Shown here in pieces: positions 40,101-51,946 of a stretch of DNA of 64,000 bases. Origin of the DNA: Lepidodermella squamata (Eukaryota; Animalia; Gastrotricha). Location: assembly GCA_047495785.1 (NCBI GenBank), contig JBLDXI010000029.1:2170001-2234000 (forward strand), read 5' to 3'. The position numbers were made by a program, and so were the translations under genes. The number at the start of each line of letters is the position of its first letter. The first letter of the stretch is position 1. The notes under the pieces are model-generated. The model did not search any database and was not told where the DNA came from. It saw only the letters and a program-made list of their open reading frames with translations.

Positions 40101-40578
40101 AAAGATACGGGAAAATCTCCTTCTGCGACTCTTTTCTGTATCTGCTCCAACCAAAATGACATGACTGACAGGGACTTGGGGTTGGTAAGGTCGTATACAA
40201 AAATAATCTGAATAAATGGATGAGCGATTTCTTTCTTCAAAATTTGACAAAATTTACTCCGTGGATCTCGGAGAAGGAAGATTTCCCGATTGCAGATGTC
40301 GGATTGTTAATGTCCTCGGCTTTGACCGATTCAACATTAACGTTAACACACCTACTGCCGACTTGAACACGTTTTGTCTGCGCGGCCTCTGTGAGGATGA
40401 TTAATGAGCTAAAAATGTTAATTGAAAGCAGTGAATTCTTACCAAGTGTATTAGGTGTAGAATCGCTGAATGCGCCCGTTGTCCATCTGTGCATTAATGA
40501 CTTTTTGCCGACTTGAGGATGTCCACATATCACAATCTTTAGAAGGCCACATTTTAATTTGGTGCCAATTAATTCCAT
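37113..40578 (-). CDS. Predicted fusion: Rab-like small GTPase domain + BIG1/2-type Arf-GEF (DCB-HUS-Sec7-HDS1), ~1033 aa, 8 exons
   Basis: Exons 40578-40443, 40388-40258, 40207-39905, 39850-39742, 39689-39677, 39624-39471, 39417-39301, 39251-37113 total 3102 nt in one open frame, with 49-54-nt GT-AG introns. GTPase motifs KIVICGHPQVGKKSL, IIFVYDLT, LVGNKRD, SAKSGENV. BIG-like FMLQALEKI, ALKCFQK, FIEYDC..PNFFE. Sec7 FRLPGESQKIDRIME and IMLNTDLHSPNVK. Each domain call is ~0.9; the fusion itself ~0.75. Confidence 0.78.
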
Positions 40579-41069
40579 TATTCACGGCCGTGTTGGCGGA
40601 TGAGTGGCAAAAGTCTATTTACACATACCTTAATGCTGTAAGTTGAGCTGCTTGAGCGGCTCAATGACGACGATGAGTCATCGCACGTTGACATTTTTAA
40701 CTTATTCACTGTCACCTGATTTTGCCTCCGCGCTATGGCGAAATTGCCGCTTCAAACACGTTGTAATAGCGCATCCGCGTGACCGTTGTAAAAAATGAAG
40801 ACGAACATGCGGCGTGTGAAGTGTGCTATTGCTTTTTCTCGTGTTATTTTTATACCTTTAGCTATTATACACGTAGTTATTATCGCCGCTTTACTCTAAA
40901 ACGCTTCAATTTATCTTCGACATGTTTAAACATGCAGATAAAGTCTTGGGTATGCATTGTACCGTAATTTTACTTGTGGACTTTCTTATCGTAATGGTCG
41001 AGAGTAATCGCGCCTACTATTACTTGGAAACGTTTTTTTTGTGAGAAGAAACAAATCGATAATTATCAC

Positions 41070-41141
41070 GGTTCCATGGTGTAGCGGTTAGCACTCTGGA
41101 CTCTGAATCCAGCGACTCGAGTTCGATTCTCGATGGGACCT
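41070..41141 (+). tRNA. tRNA-Gln(CTG): tRNA-Gln, anticodon CTG
   Basis: GGTTCCA/TGGGACC acceptor stem, A box TGGTGTAGCGG, anticodon arm CTGGA-CTCTGAA-TCCAG, T arm CGAG-TTCGATT-CTCG; T6 run at 41149-41154. Confidence 0.97.
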
Positions 41142-41256
41142 AATGTGATTTTTTATTCTTTCATCGCGAAAGATTGTGAATATGTAAATTGATTGATGAT
41201 TGAGGACGTGTTTCGTGCCAAAACACGCCCAAGCTTGTTTGGCCTCCTTCATTTTT

Positions 41257-41488
41257 AAGATCATACTTCTTGGGATCATTACTTTATTAAGTTTTGCCCC
41301 AACGTCAGCCTCATCTGACGACAAACCCAAACCGCGATGACGAGGCGTGGTGACTGGCCCTGAGCGCGAACTTGGCCGCACTTGACTGGCTATCATTAGC
41401 CGGTCTGGTCGGCCGTTGATGAACGTTCCGGGCTGGTGGCTCCTTAATTGGGGCCACTTCCGGAGGGGTCAGTCGCTTTCAGAGCGGC
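41257..41488 (+). ncRNA. U3: U3 snoRNA
   Basis: 5' AAGATCATACTT (GAC/A' region), box A GGGATCATT, box C' GATGA (41336-40), box B GAGCGCGAA, box C TGATGA, box D variant CAGA (41480-83), terminal stem CCGC/GCGG; order, spacing and ~232-nt length match U3. Confidence 0.9.
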
Positions 41489-41607
41489 TTTTTAATAAAA
41501 TAAATATAAATACATTTTTCATTGATATTCATTAATGATTGAATTGTCTTTGAAATAAAATCGTATAAAGACTCATGAAATCATGAAAAGCAGTCTGTTC
41601 ACAGTTT

Positions 41608-43253
41608 TTAGACAATTATTCCTTTACAGCCAGTACCTTGACATTCGGGATAAGGGAAAATGTTGGGCAGCACTGAAACCTCTGATGTGAACACAAGTTG
41701 GCCAAATTTATCAGCCGGAATAAAATCACCAATGAACGACCCTAGCTCAGTCCCAAATTCCTTGTACTTGATTTCGATGAGCGAAGCAGACCACCGACCG
41801 TCCCCAGGAGCATCAACTTTACCGCGATAAGTCCGTTTCCCGTTGACAATCGTTTCGTTCAGCTTGACCTTGCTCCATAGTGATTTAAGGTTCGCGCAAT
41901 AAGATGAAACCGTGAAACCGCAATCGCACGGTTTATCGAAACTAGCCATTCGAAAATCCCGTCGCAACTTGTTGCCATCGAAGGTGTTCTTCCCGCAGGA
42001 GTTCGCGTGCCATAGACTAGCTTCGTGGACCTGACCATGATCATCTAACGTGACGACGATTTCTCCAGTCACATTCGAAATTTCCCAGGTAAATGTAGGA
42101 ATGACACGATCTTTCAGCATGTAATCTGCCCAAGTGCTGAGGCCAGGAACTAGTTCCAACAGACCAGTCACCATCATATGCTCAGCATTAGGTACCATCA
42201 TAAACCATTTCGGGCCAGGCATATCTTTCCACCAGTAGTGCGTATCGTCAGGTTGCTGAAATTCGTCCAAAACAGCATTCATAACCAATTTTGGCACGGT
42301 TAGTCGCTGTCTGTAGAAATACGGGTCGATTTCACGCTGTAGCATGGCCATATTTGGGGTGTCTAAACGCTCCGTTATGTTCATTTCAATGTAGTCTTGC
42401 AACGCCCAGCCAAAACCGCCGTAAGACCGCCATTGATGATGGGCAACCGCGGCGAAGTTGATTGCGTCTAATACAACTGGGGCGATGGCTTTTACCCGCT
42501 TCGGATCAACAGCACCAACATCCCACGTTGTCCATCCTCTTTTCGACGCTCCAGCTACGATGTAGGAATCAAGCTCGTAGCCTTGTTCGGGGAATTTTCG
42601 CTTCATGAATTGTGTAACGGTGTCCATTGCTCTTAGAGAGGCTTTAACCATTGGGAAATACAGAAGCCATTCTGGTTTCGATGGGTCCTTGAGGAAATGG
42701 TCCCAGGTGAAGGAGACCGCTGCGTCTTCTCTTCGCGATTTTTTGAGAGGATCGCTTGCGAATGTGATACCTTGATTCGGAATGTTTCTTAGAAACCCGA
42801 CAACAACTCCGACTCTCGCTGCTAAGGCAGCACAGGCGAGGAGTTCGTCGTTCTTCGGGCTTACAGGTCCAGCGGTATTGTCGCCACCAGTAATCCTGTT
42901 TCCAAGAGCCACGTAATGGAAATAAAATAAGGCTTAAATTGCTATTCTTACCATAGGGTCGCGTTTCGCGTATACTTTACGTTATCTGGCACAATAACGT
43001 AAAGGTAGTGCCACCAGATTGATTTTGTATTCGAATCCGGGGTGAATTCATCATCGGTAAGCCACTGCTGTGAAGTCATGTTCAAAGCATACGCTGTCCA
43101 CTTATGGCGGCCGAGTATCTCTTTGCCATTTATAGTCCGGCCCAAATCCACCCATTTGTAGTTTGGGTCGTTTCTCCAGACGTAGTCATCTAAGGCAGTG
43201 CAATTGGCACCGATGAACAGAAAATTTAATAGAATAAAAATGAAGAAAATCAT
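41608..43253 (-). CDS. PhoPQ-activated pathogenicity-related (PqaA) / Dictyostelium AprA-like secreted alpha/beta-hydrolase-fold protein
   Basis: Signal peptide; TALDDYV..D..Y; LNMTSQQWL; WWHYL.VIVP; IPNQ...F..DP..KSRREDA; PMVKA..RAMD; VAGASKRGWTTW; DPYFY..RL..PK; DEF..PD; VPNAEH. One GT-AG intron at ~42950-42896. Confidence 0.88.
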
Positions 43254-43441
43254 GTTTTTAGGTGACAATTCCGTTATCTGCGAATTATTTCTGGCTCAAA
43301 GGCCTTTCCCTGTTGTGCAAACAAACAATCGACGCTTCCTTTTTGGTATTATCTTTTTCTGCAAATACTTATACCGTCAAAGATAATTTTTTAGGTTTAT
43401 TCACCAGTTGCCAATATAACTTTATATCTGACTTATAACTG

Positions 43442-44856
43442 TTATTTCGCGGCTTGCTCAATTATACGTCTACGCCGTTCGGTAAAAAAAGGCTTGTGGG
43501 TTAGGGCAATCACGAATGCTGAAAACAGCAAGCAACCGCTGATGAAATATGATGAAGATAAAATGTCCGCTGTATTGAGCCAATCTGACAGAGGAAAGAC
43601 GAAGAGAAAAAGCAGGCCCTGTGACCACAGCAACCAGCCAAGACTAGCATTCAACTTCTCTAAGCCATACAGACCTTCCAACAAAATGCTCCTCAAAGTG
43701 GTCAATGGCGCTAACAGATAAAGCAGAATTTCAATTGACGAGGCTTAAATTGTAGCAATCTTACCTATCAGGAATCCGTACACTAAGCTGAATGTGATGA
43801 AACCTATATCCCCAAGCTTAACGCCAATTGCAGCGAACACTAAGACTGATGCGGAGCAAGTTACAGTTCCAAAAATGTACATTGAATAGGCAGTAAGAAT
43901 AACATGCCGTTTCCCAAGATCTGACAGGTAGCCGCATGTGAATCGGCCTATTAAATTAGCCACTCCCACAAACAGCGTCAAAAGGGACCTAGTGAGCTCG
44001 GAGACCCCAGCACTCGGCAATGAGGCTTGGCCCATGAGCAAAATCAAAGGAATGTAACCTGATTGAAAATGACACATTTCGATTTGGAAAAGTCATATTT
44101 CAGCACATTATACTTACTGACGAAGGAAAAAGCAGAAGAAATGATTACGCAAATAAAGTGCCATTCTTTGAATAAACTAAAATTGAAAGAGCCGAGGAGT
44201 TGCTTTAACTTTGACTTTCCAAGGTTGGCATTGATCATTTTTTCATCATCGTGAACCAGCCCTGCGGCAACTCCATTCAAGGACAAAGCTCCAGCGAGAA
44301 GGAAAACCCCTCTCCACGAATAGAGCTTGGCTAGTTGATAGGAAATAGGACCGAGTAAGAGAATAGCTAGTGGTCCACCGCACATTACAATGCCTGTCGC
44401 TAGACCTATCTCACTTTGATCAAAGTAGTTCTGGATTACTGCAATCGATGGGCCATACATCAAGCCGGTCGATATCCCGGCTGCGGCTCCGATTCCTAAG
44501 AGATCGACTGTAATTCTGACTGTTCCAGCCACAGCAAAGACATCGTTGCAAAGCCAGGTAAGGAAAAATGTGATAGTCGGAATGATCGAACCAACAATAA
44601 TCAATTTCCTGAAGCCGAAAAACTGAATTGCTGGAGCTGCAAGAGGCGCCAGCATCAAGCAAAGCGTTGAAATCAGAGCTCCGATAACAGCGATCGAGGT
44701 CTTAGCTGCAGTAGATTCGGGCCATAGGTTGGTGTACTCGACTTCAATGTGAGGCTTAATAACGCTGTAGAGAATGGCAAAATATTCGAGGATGACGTTG
44801 AGGAAAAGAGTTCCGATCAAAATCGGCGTTTGCCTCCTGAAATCTCCGCATGCCAT
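43442..44856 (-). CDS. MFS transporter, monocarboxylate transporter (SLC16)-like
   Basis: About 12 hydrophobic segments; FGFRK; YF..GLATGIVMCGG; YSWRGVFLLAGALSLN; NLIGRFTCGYLSD; two short introns. Confidence 0.85.
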
Positions 44857-45292
44857 TTCGAGGTACAGAATTACGAAATTAATTCGTTTCCTGGCATTAG
44901 GTTGAACTGATAAAGCGGGATGTGAAAGTGACTGAGCAAATTATCATGACAATTGTCAACTCGTTATCAGGAGGAAAACAGACTTTTTTACTCTCGCTTA
45001 TTCATCTAAATTTTGGCGTAAAATATCAGCTGTGTAGAATGCGTAAAGCTCAATACAAAATAATCGCCTGCATCTGACATGCGAGACTTTTCACAACAAC
45101 TCGGCATTGAGTAGTATGAATTATAATACTTGAATTTTTAAATGCATAAGCCTTTCGTGCATTCTGTCGCCGTCGGCATGTTTTCAGTGTAATATGGCTT
45201 CTCATCAACGTTAAAATCGTAAATCGTCTTCAAAAGCAGTGTTAATTTTTACAGGTGGAAAACTGATCACTGATAGTATCACGAAAGCATTT

Positions 45293-48200
45293 TCAGGTCG
45301 CTGGGCCTTCTTGCAAGTTGCGGTAGCTGATCGAACTAGAACCGCCACCCAGCTCGTCGTGATGAGGAAGACCGGATCCTGACGATGTTCCAGATCGGAT
45401 TGCATCGAATCTCTCGTGTAAAATGCTAGGAACATCATATCGCCTAAATTAGAAGTATTAAGTTGACCCAAAAATGTTAGCAATCATTTGAAATTCACCT
45501 CCATACGAAAACTCCAACCAGACCTAGGAGAGCCACAAGTATGATGACTGCAATAACAATGCCGGCAATTGCACCTCCGGAAAGCCCAGAGCTAGTATCT
45601 GTTGAAGCATCGGACTTCACAGCTTCACTAGTTCCCATGACTTGCGGAGTTGGGCAGTTGGACAAAGGATCAACTAAAAAAAGCAAAATATTAACCTTTA
45701 CAGCGAGTTCTATTGATTCTCACTTTGAGGAGGAGTGCTGCCCTTAGCCAAGCAGAGGACATTCGTATTCGCGCACCACTGATTGTTAGACATGCATTGA
45801 ATCCGGTACTGGGCACCTTGGAGACGAGATTCGACCGCGGCGGTGGAGGCACAAGTCAAGTTGCACCATGATCCGACTCTGTAGTCGCACTTTCCTACGA
45901 AACTGCCAAGGTTTCCATCAGGGGCTGGACATCTCGGAACTGTGTCAGGTTGATTAGTCGTTGCGGTAACAGAAGCAGCAGCAGCAGTGGTAGATATAGG
46001 AACAACAGTTCGACGTGTAGTAACAATTCTCCTGGTTGTGGTTACATTATTAATATCTGGCTTACCATTTGCGCAGTTGACGCCGTCTGGCGGGGCTGAT
46101 TTGTCTGGGCAAAGGCACTTCTTGCCACCATTGGTTTGCGGGACACACACATCACTGCAAGTGTCGACTGAACTGCAAGCCGTATTCGCACTAACTTTGG
46201 CATCCTCAAGACGCGAGTACAGAGCCAAGCCATTGATGCCAATCATGTACTGACCGCCGACGGTGTTTATCTTGAACCCGGTCTTCTTATCGTAGACATG
46301 AATACCACCGTATCCCCAATCAGTTCCGAGGATAAAGTCTCCATAGACGGCAACGCCGTAAGTAAAGGAGGCATTATCCGGGGAAGTCGTGAATGTGTTA
46401 AACGTGGTATCGCCGGGTCTATCCAGGTCAAAGGAGAAAATCGACCTGTTTTGACCCGTAGTGAAATACAGGCGATTTGCCGAATAATCAACGGCCATGT
46501 CGTAGATCCAAGGTATTATTTGAACATCCTGCGTTGTATTCGCACTGAAGTACATGACTCTGGTGCAGGGCGCTGAGCCATCGATCGGGCAGCGCATAAT
46601 TGCTGACCAAGCTGTTGGCGTGGCTCTATATTGAACAGTGGGCCGCCCAAGGGTATTGTTAATCATAACAGCCTGAACAATGTTGCTGTTATTCCTGACT
46701 GAGACGTAAAGGTGCCTAAAAAATATATTTAGATGTATGTGAACGCCAAAGAGATCGTTGGCTTACAGCCTGTCACGTCTGCGATCCATTGTAACCCCAA
46801 ATGCATTGCCACCTATGTCGCTGAAGTCAGCAATGGGCACACTTCGCTTGGTATCAATGTTTGCCGCATATAACATGCGGTTATCTCTGATCGTGTAGAA
46901 CAGCGTTCTCGAATTGCTGTCCACGAACAGACCATACGGCCTGCTGGTTGCATCTAGAATATTTGTTGATATGTTTTTAGGAAACTAGCTTGAGCATGAA
47001 CTCACTGAATTGCAAGAAAACGTCGTTGAAAGGAATTTGACCGAACGTTCTCTGCATCTGTCTCGTCGGCATAATTCTAAGGATGGCCGATCGGTCGAAA
47101 TCGCTGTAATAAAGGTGGTCTCTAGGAGCATCATAAGTCACAGCATAAGGCCGGGCCTGTTCGCAAAGAAATAATCTCGTAACTGATACTTTTTTTTAGG
47201 AAAACAGCAAACCTTTGGATGGATATTGTAAGTAGAAAGAATGTCTTTAATGCCGCGGCTAGGGTTATCGAGAACGTTAAGTGGGACTGAATAGATATCG
47301 TGGCGGTAATCATCCGGCGCGAAAACTACTCCAATTTGCGCGATATCCAACGTTCGAGCTGTGCACGAAACGCCATCGTCAACGAGCCGCATGCCGTCAG
47401 GACACATGCATTGCCGGATCGTAGCATTGGTCCTTGGCTGGTCCCATTTGCTGAGGCAAAACTGCTCACAGCCTCCGCGGTCGATGGCCGCGCATCTGTC
47501 GTTCGCGGCTAGGATTAAAGCTCAAAGTCAGTTGTTAAATTTTAAATCATAGTTACCATAGCTTGTATTTTTTAGTATAATAAGTGATGGATCGTTAATC
47601 GCCAGAGAAGATAGGAAGTAAGACCGGCCGAATTGGAAAACGGAAGTTTCCGAGTCAACAACAATACCACCCGATGAACTGGTGAAAATCTTTTGGGCAC
47701 ATCCATTAGCATCGTCTCCATTCGCATTTGGTCCACATGTGAACAAAAGTACGGATTGATAAACCGCGATGTAAGTTACGTTGGGCTTCGCAAAAGTTGA
47801 GAACACCGGAGACTGTTGAACGAATGGGCAGCTGTTGGCGAACGGTGGTAAATTCGTCAACTGAATGCGTCCCAGCTGATTGCTTGGCTGGTTCAGCATA
47901 AGAAGTGTCTGATTGGCATATGCGACCTGTAGCTGGATAACTGTATCAGTCGTCGTGGCAACTAAGCATTGGTTGGAAGCTCCGTCGAGATCTCGCTGAA
48001 AAACACTACTTCCGCCATCAGCGTTCGTCAATGCTATGTAGAGTTTTCGTCGATAGACATCAATTGCCAAGCCTGTCACGTTAACACCTTCGGCAAGAAT
48101 TAAAGGACTTTCAAAGTCATCTCTGACCACGATCAGCCGTTTGTTAGCCTGATCGGAGATGTAAAGATTCCGACCAAACCAATCGAAAACTAGATCAGAA

Positions 48201-50949
48201 ACTCCGTTAGCATTCGTCGTAACGGCTGAGTAGAAGACATCGGAACTATTGGCCACATTCCCTCCGGCTAACTGACCGAGAAGAGTGAAAAAATTGTAGG
48301 AATAAGCCCCACGAGTCGCAGCGGTCAAATTGACCGAGAACACCTGGCGAGGGTTGCTCAACATGTGCACAACGTAAGCTTTAAAGGTGAACGGATCGAC
48401 ATCCATTGATCTCGGTGAATCCAAAGGTCCAGAGACAAAACCTGAGGTGGAGGTGATCATTGAATATTTTCAATCAAATCTAGATTGACTAACCTATTGA
48501 GGTGCAATTGTCAGTTGTAGCCAGGATGTTCCTGCTATTCGAGCTGGTGATGTCAGTAATCGATCGGTGACAGACTTTGTCGTTGGCAGTAAAGACCACC
48601 GAAGCGCCACTAAGGCCATCGTTTGGATCTTTAGCGCAACGACCATTGCTATCGAAAGCATAACCATCTGGGCACAGGCATTTGGCTTGTCCCTTGATGT
48701 TCACGCAAATGTAGAGGCAGCCGGCTGCGGCGCAGTTGACTGAAGCCGGTGCGGCTGGTTGCTCTTCGTAGTTGGTCATAGCTCGGTAAACTCCGAACAG
48801 TTGCTTGCTGTAAACGTTGATAATGTTGTTGCAGCAAGCTCCGGCGTTAGTCCGAGCAATAGCATAGGCAAAAAGGGTCGAATTTCCCGTGTCAAGTCGA
48901 GTAACCACAACAAGTGCATAAGTGTTCTAGAAAGGCTTGAGGTCAATAAAATTCAAAGTGAAGGACAAGTACTCACGCTGAATAGAGCCAATGACGCAAC
49001 TCGGCTATTGAAAATCGTGAATTCATCGGTTCCGATAGGTGAACTGTAAAGCATGGTTCCTTCGTAACTGAGGACATACATCTGCTTGGTAAACGCAATC
49101 CACACACTACCAAAACATTTACAAATTATTTAGGTCAACTCATAATGTCAAGTTGGTACTTTTTTGTTTGGAAATTCAACGCAATTGCACCAGGTAGAGG
49201 AGTGTCAGGGTTTCGGCTAAGCAGAGAGTCGCTGAAAACTGTCGTTGGGAAGGTGTAGAGCTTGGTAAACTCGCTGCCATCCATCAAAGTACGCCACAGT
49301 GATATCTGCTGCTGTCTTTCTTCGAAATCCAAGAAGAAAATGTACCCAGCAGCTGAGTCAAGGCGCAGGGCGTATCCTGCCAAGTTAGGTGCAACTCTGA
49401 TCGTTCGATACATGACTGTTGGTGCGCCCGAGCCAGTAGTTGGCTTGGGTGACAATGGCAAGATGCGCATCCATCTGAAGTTTGGATCGTACCAATAAAT
49501 GTTGTTACCGACCCAATCGTAACCCATGGATTTGATGTTACTTGATATGCCGCTGTAATGACCGGCTGTGTTAAACTGGCCATCGAGACCAGCACTCATG
49601 ATCTGGCGATATCTAAGGGCGGCGCTAAACATGCGCTGATTGGCCCAGTCGTAAGAAATCGCAGCGATATCACTGCTGATTGTGAAGAGCTGTTCACGCT
49701 GGGGCCGGCGTGTCCAAATAGCGGGGTCGCCACTCAGACGGTAGAAAAGGGTTGCTTCTTTAGCGAAAGAGACGTTGTAGACTGCATAGAAAACACCTGG
49801 GCCGTGTAGAGTGTCCTTAACACACGGATCGTCCGGTTGAGTGTTGTTAGCCTTGGAAATCGTGTAATAATCCATGCATTGGCACTTGGCGTTTCTGGCA
49901 CTATCAGGCAAGCAAATTTGATTGCACTCCAGACCTTGACACATACGTCTCGCATTAGGATCGTAATTGTAGTATTTGAAAGAGATGACATTAGTCGACA
50001 ATCCAATAGAAAATGGAATACGGAGGAATTGGTCCGTTAGGATTGTAACACCTTGAGCCGTATATTGCACTTTTTGTATAAAACCGGTGATCGTATTTGC
50101 GTAGTAAGCTATGCCATTCGCAACACTGATTTGCGTACAGGGTAGCTTGATAGTCGCCGGCCAAGGGTTACTATCTCCCAGTTTCATTGCCTCGATGTAG
50201 CCATCAATGCAGTAATACACGACGGTGTTTGTGCTATCGAACGCCAAACCATTCGCCCTTCCGCCGGCTCTGCGGCTAAAAGGGATGTTAGCCGCGAAAG
50301 TTCCGTTGATGAAGGTCGACAGGTACATGCCTCGAGTATCATTTAACTGCTGAGCTAAAACTCGATTGTTCGTCTTGTCCAGGAAGAAGGTTCCATCGAG
50401 ACGCTCGGTTTCGGCAAATAGCGATTTTATGCGCAAATCGTTGATTTCATTGAGGAGGGTGATTTCTATGACTAAACTGTAGCCACTGTCGTAGAAGAAC
50501 ATCACATCATATTCCGGATAAGCAATCAAATCTTTGGGATTCGAATCTGTAATCATTGGAAAATTAGAGGTTAGAAATTCATTTCAGTTTATAAACAAAC
50601 CATCGCGAAGTTGCTGCGTAAGGACAGGGCTTCCCATCGTCATGCTGGCCTTCCAGAGGCCTTTCTGTAAGGTTTGAGTGCTTGAAAAGTAGAACTGTTT
50701 AGTCAGCGGGTGAAATTCGACGTCCTCAATATTGCGGATTTCGCTCGGAACCGCGTAACTCGCCCAGGTCTGACCATTCAGGGAGTAATAAACCTTATAA
50801 GCCCCGCTCTCCTGTGTCAGATACAGCCACATATCTGCATAATAAAAATTCATAAATCGATAGGAAAAATTGCCGATCTAACCATCAGCTATGGCTGCAG
50901 TGAAGAAAAGGCAGCCGACTAGCAGCAGGCTAAGTCGCGCTGCAGACAT
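45293..50949 (-). CDS. LRP-like type I membrane receptor: four degenerate YWTD beta-propeller/EGF modules, Thr-rich stalk, sushi-like domain, TM, short tail
   Basis: Signal exon MSAARLSLLLVGCLFFTAAIA; YDWVGNNIYWYD, FDWFGRNLYISD, LAIDVYRRKLY, VDYSANRLYF; four EGFs; TM GAIAGIVIAVIILVALLGLVGVFVW; tail ending YRNLQEGPAT-TGA (45295-45293). No LDLa repeats seen. Confidence 0.85.
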
Positions 50950-51946
50950 CGCTCGGAGATTGGATCTTTGACACAAACGTAGATGACGACCCTATAAAAG
51001 AAATAGAAACATTGCGGGCCGGATGTGGAGTGGTTAGTGGGCAGGTATAGGTTTACAAAAAAACGCGTGCGTTAATACACTTGTGAGGGAGAGTAGAAAA
51101 AACACAAAAGCTAAAGTAAACACACAACAAATAATAAGTTGAAGTTGTACACTAAGCCGCGTCTTTTTAGTGCCATCACAGCTCCCATAGCTCGTGACGC
51201 ATACGAACGCATGAGGCAGCAATAACATGAGTTTTGTACTGCGGAATGAGTTTGCGCAAGTTGTATTGTTATTTACAGCATTAGCAACCGTGTTGCACGC
51301 CGGTCGCGGTTACATTCAAGCGTGTGCGGGTCAGAGAAGAGGAATCACTGCACTGTTTTTGTTGTCGCCGTCGCCGTTGTCGTCGTAGTTTTGATGGGGG
51401 AGCACAGGCGCAGCCTTGAACACAGCGACACCATCACTGTGTATGTTAGTGTGTGTTGAACCCTCATATGCTAAACCACCATATAGTCGTCGCCAATATC
51501 CTACGGCGTATAATTCACTAATCTATTAGTCATACCCCACCTGGTGCCAACATACTGAGCTACAAAAGCGTAACTTCCTAGCATTCCTACATCCCCATAT
51601 ACTGAATGAAAATTTACGTTAAGCCTTAATAAATGAGAGCGAAAACTTACGCAGTCCCAAATAAGCGAAATTGAAAGAACGGAATATCAATGCGGCCAGT
51701 GAAAGGCTATTGATAGTTCTTTTAGGCGGATTTTTTATTCATTTTATTTTACTTTACGTTTTTTTGTGTATGATTCATCTTTCATCTTTCTGGAATATGT
51801 GATAGCGGTTCGGCGTTCAAAAGCTGGAGTCACGACTTTCGTGGGTGTGAATAGCCATTCTCAGGTTTTTAATATCTTCCACAAAAACAACGTGGTCACA
51901 TCAGGCTGGAAGTGATAATAATCAGTTTTATTGCTGTAATAAATTG

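Noticed and set aside
50950-51940. Possible miRNA or ncRNA hairpins in the intergenic region
   Set aside because: Only weak, imperfect stems and no recognisable family motif.
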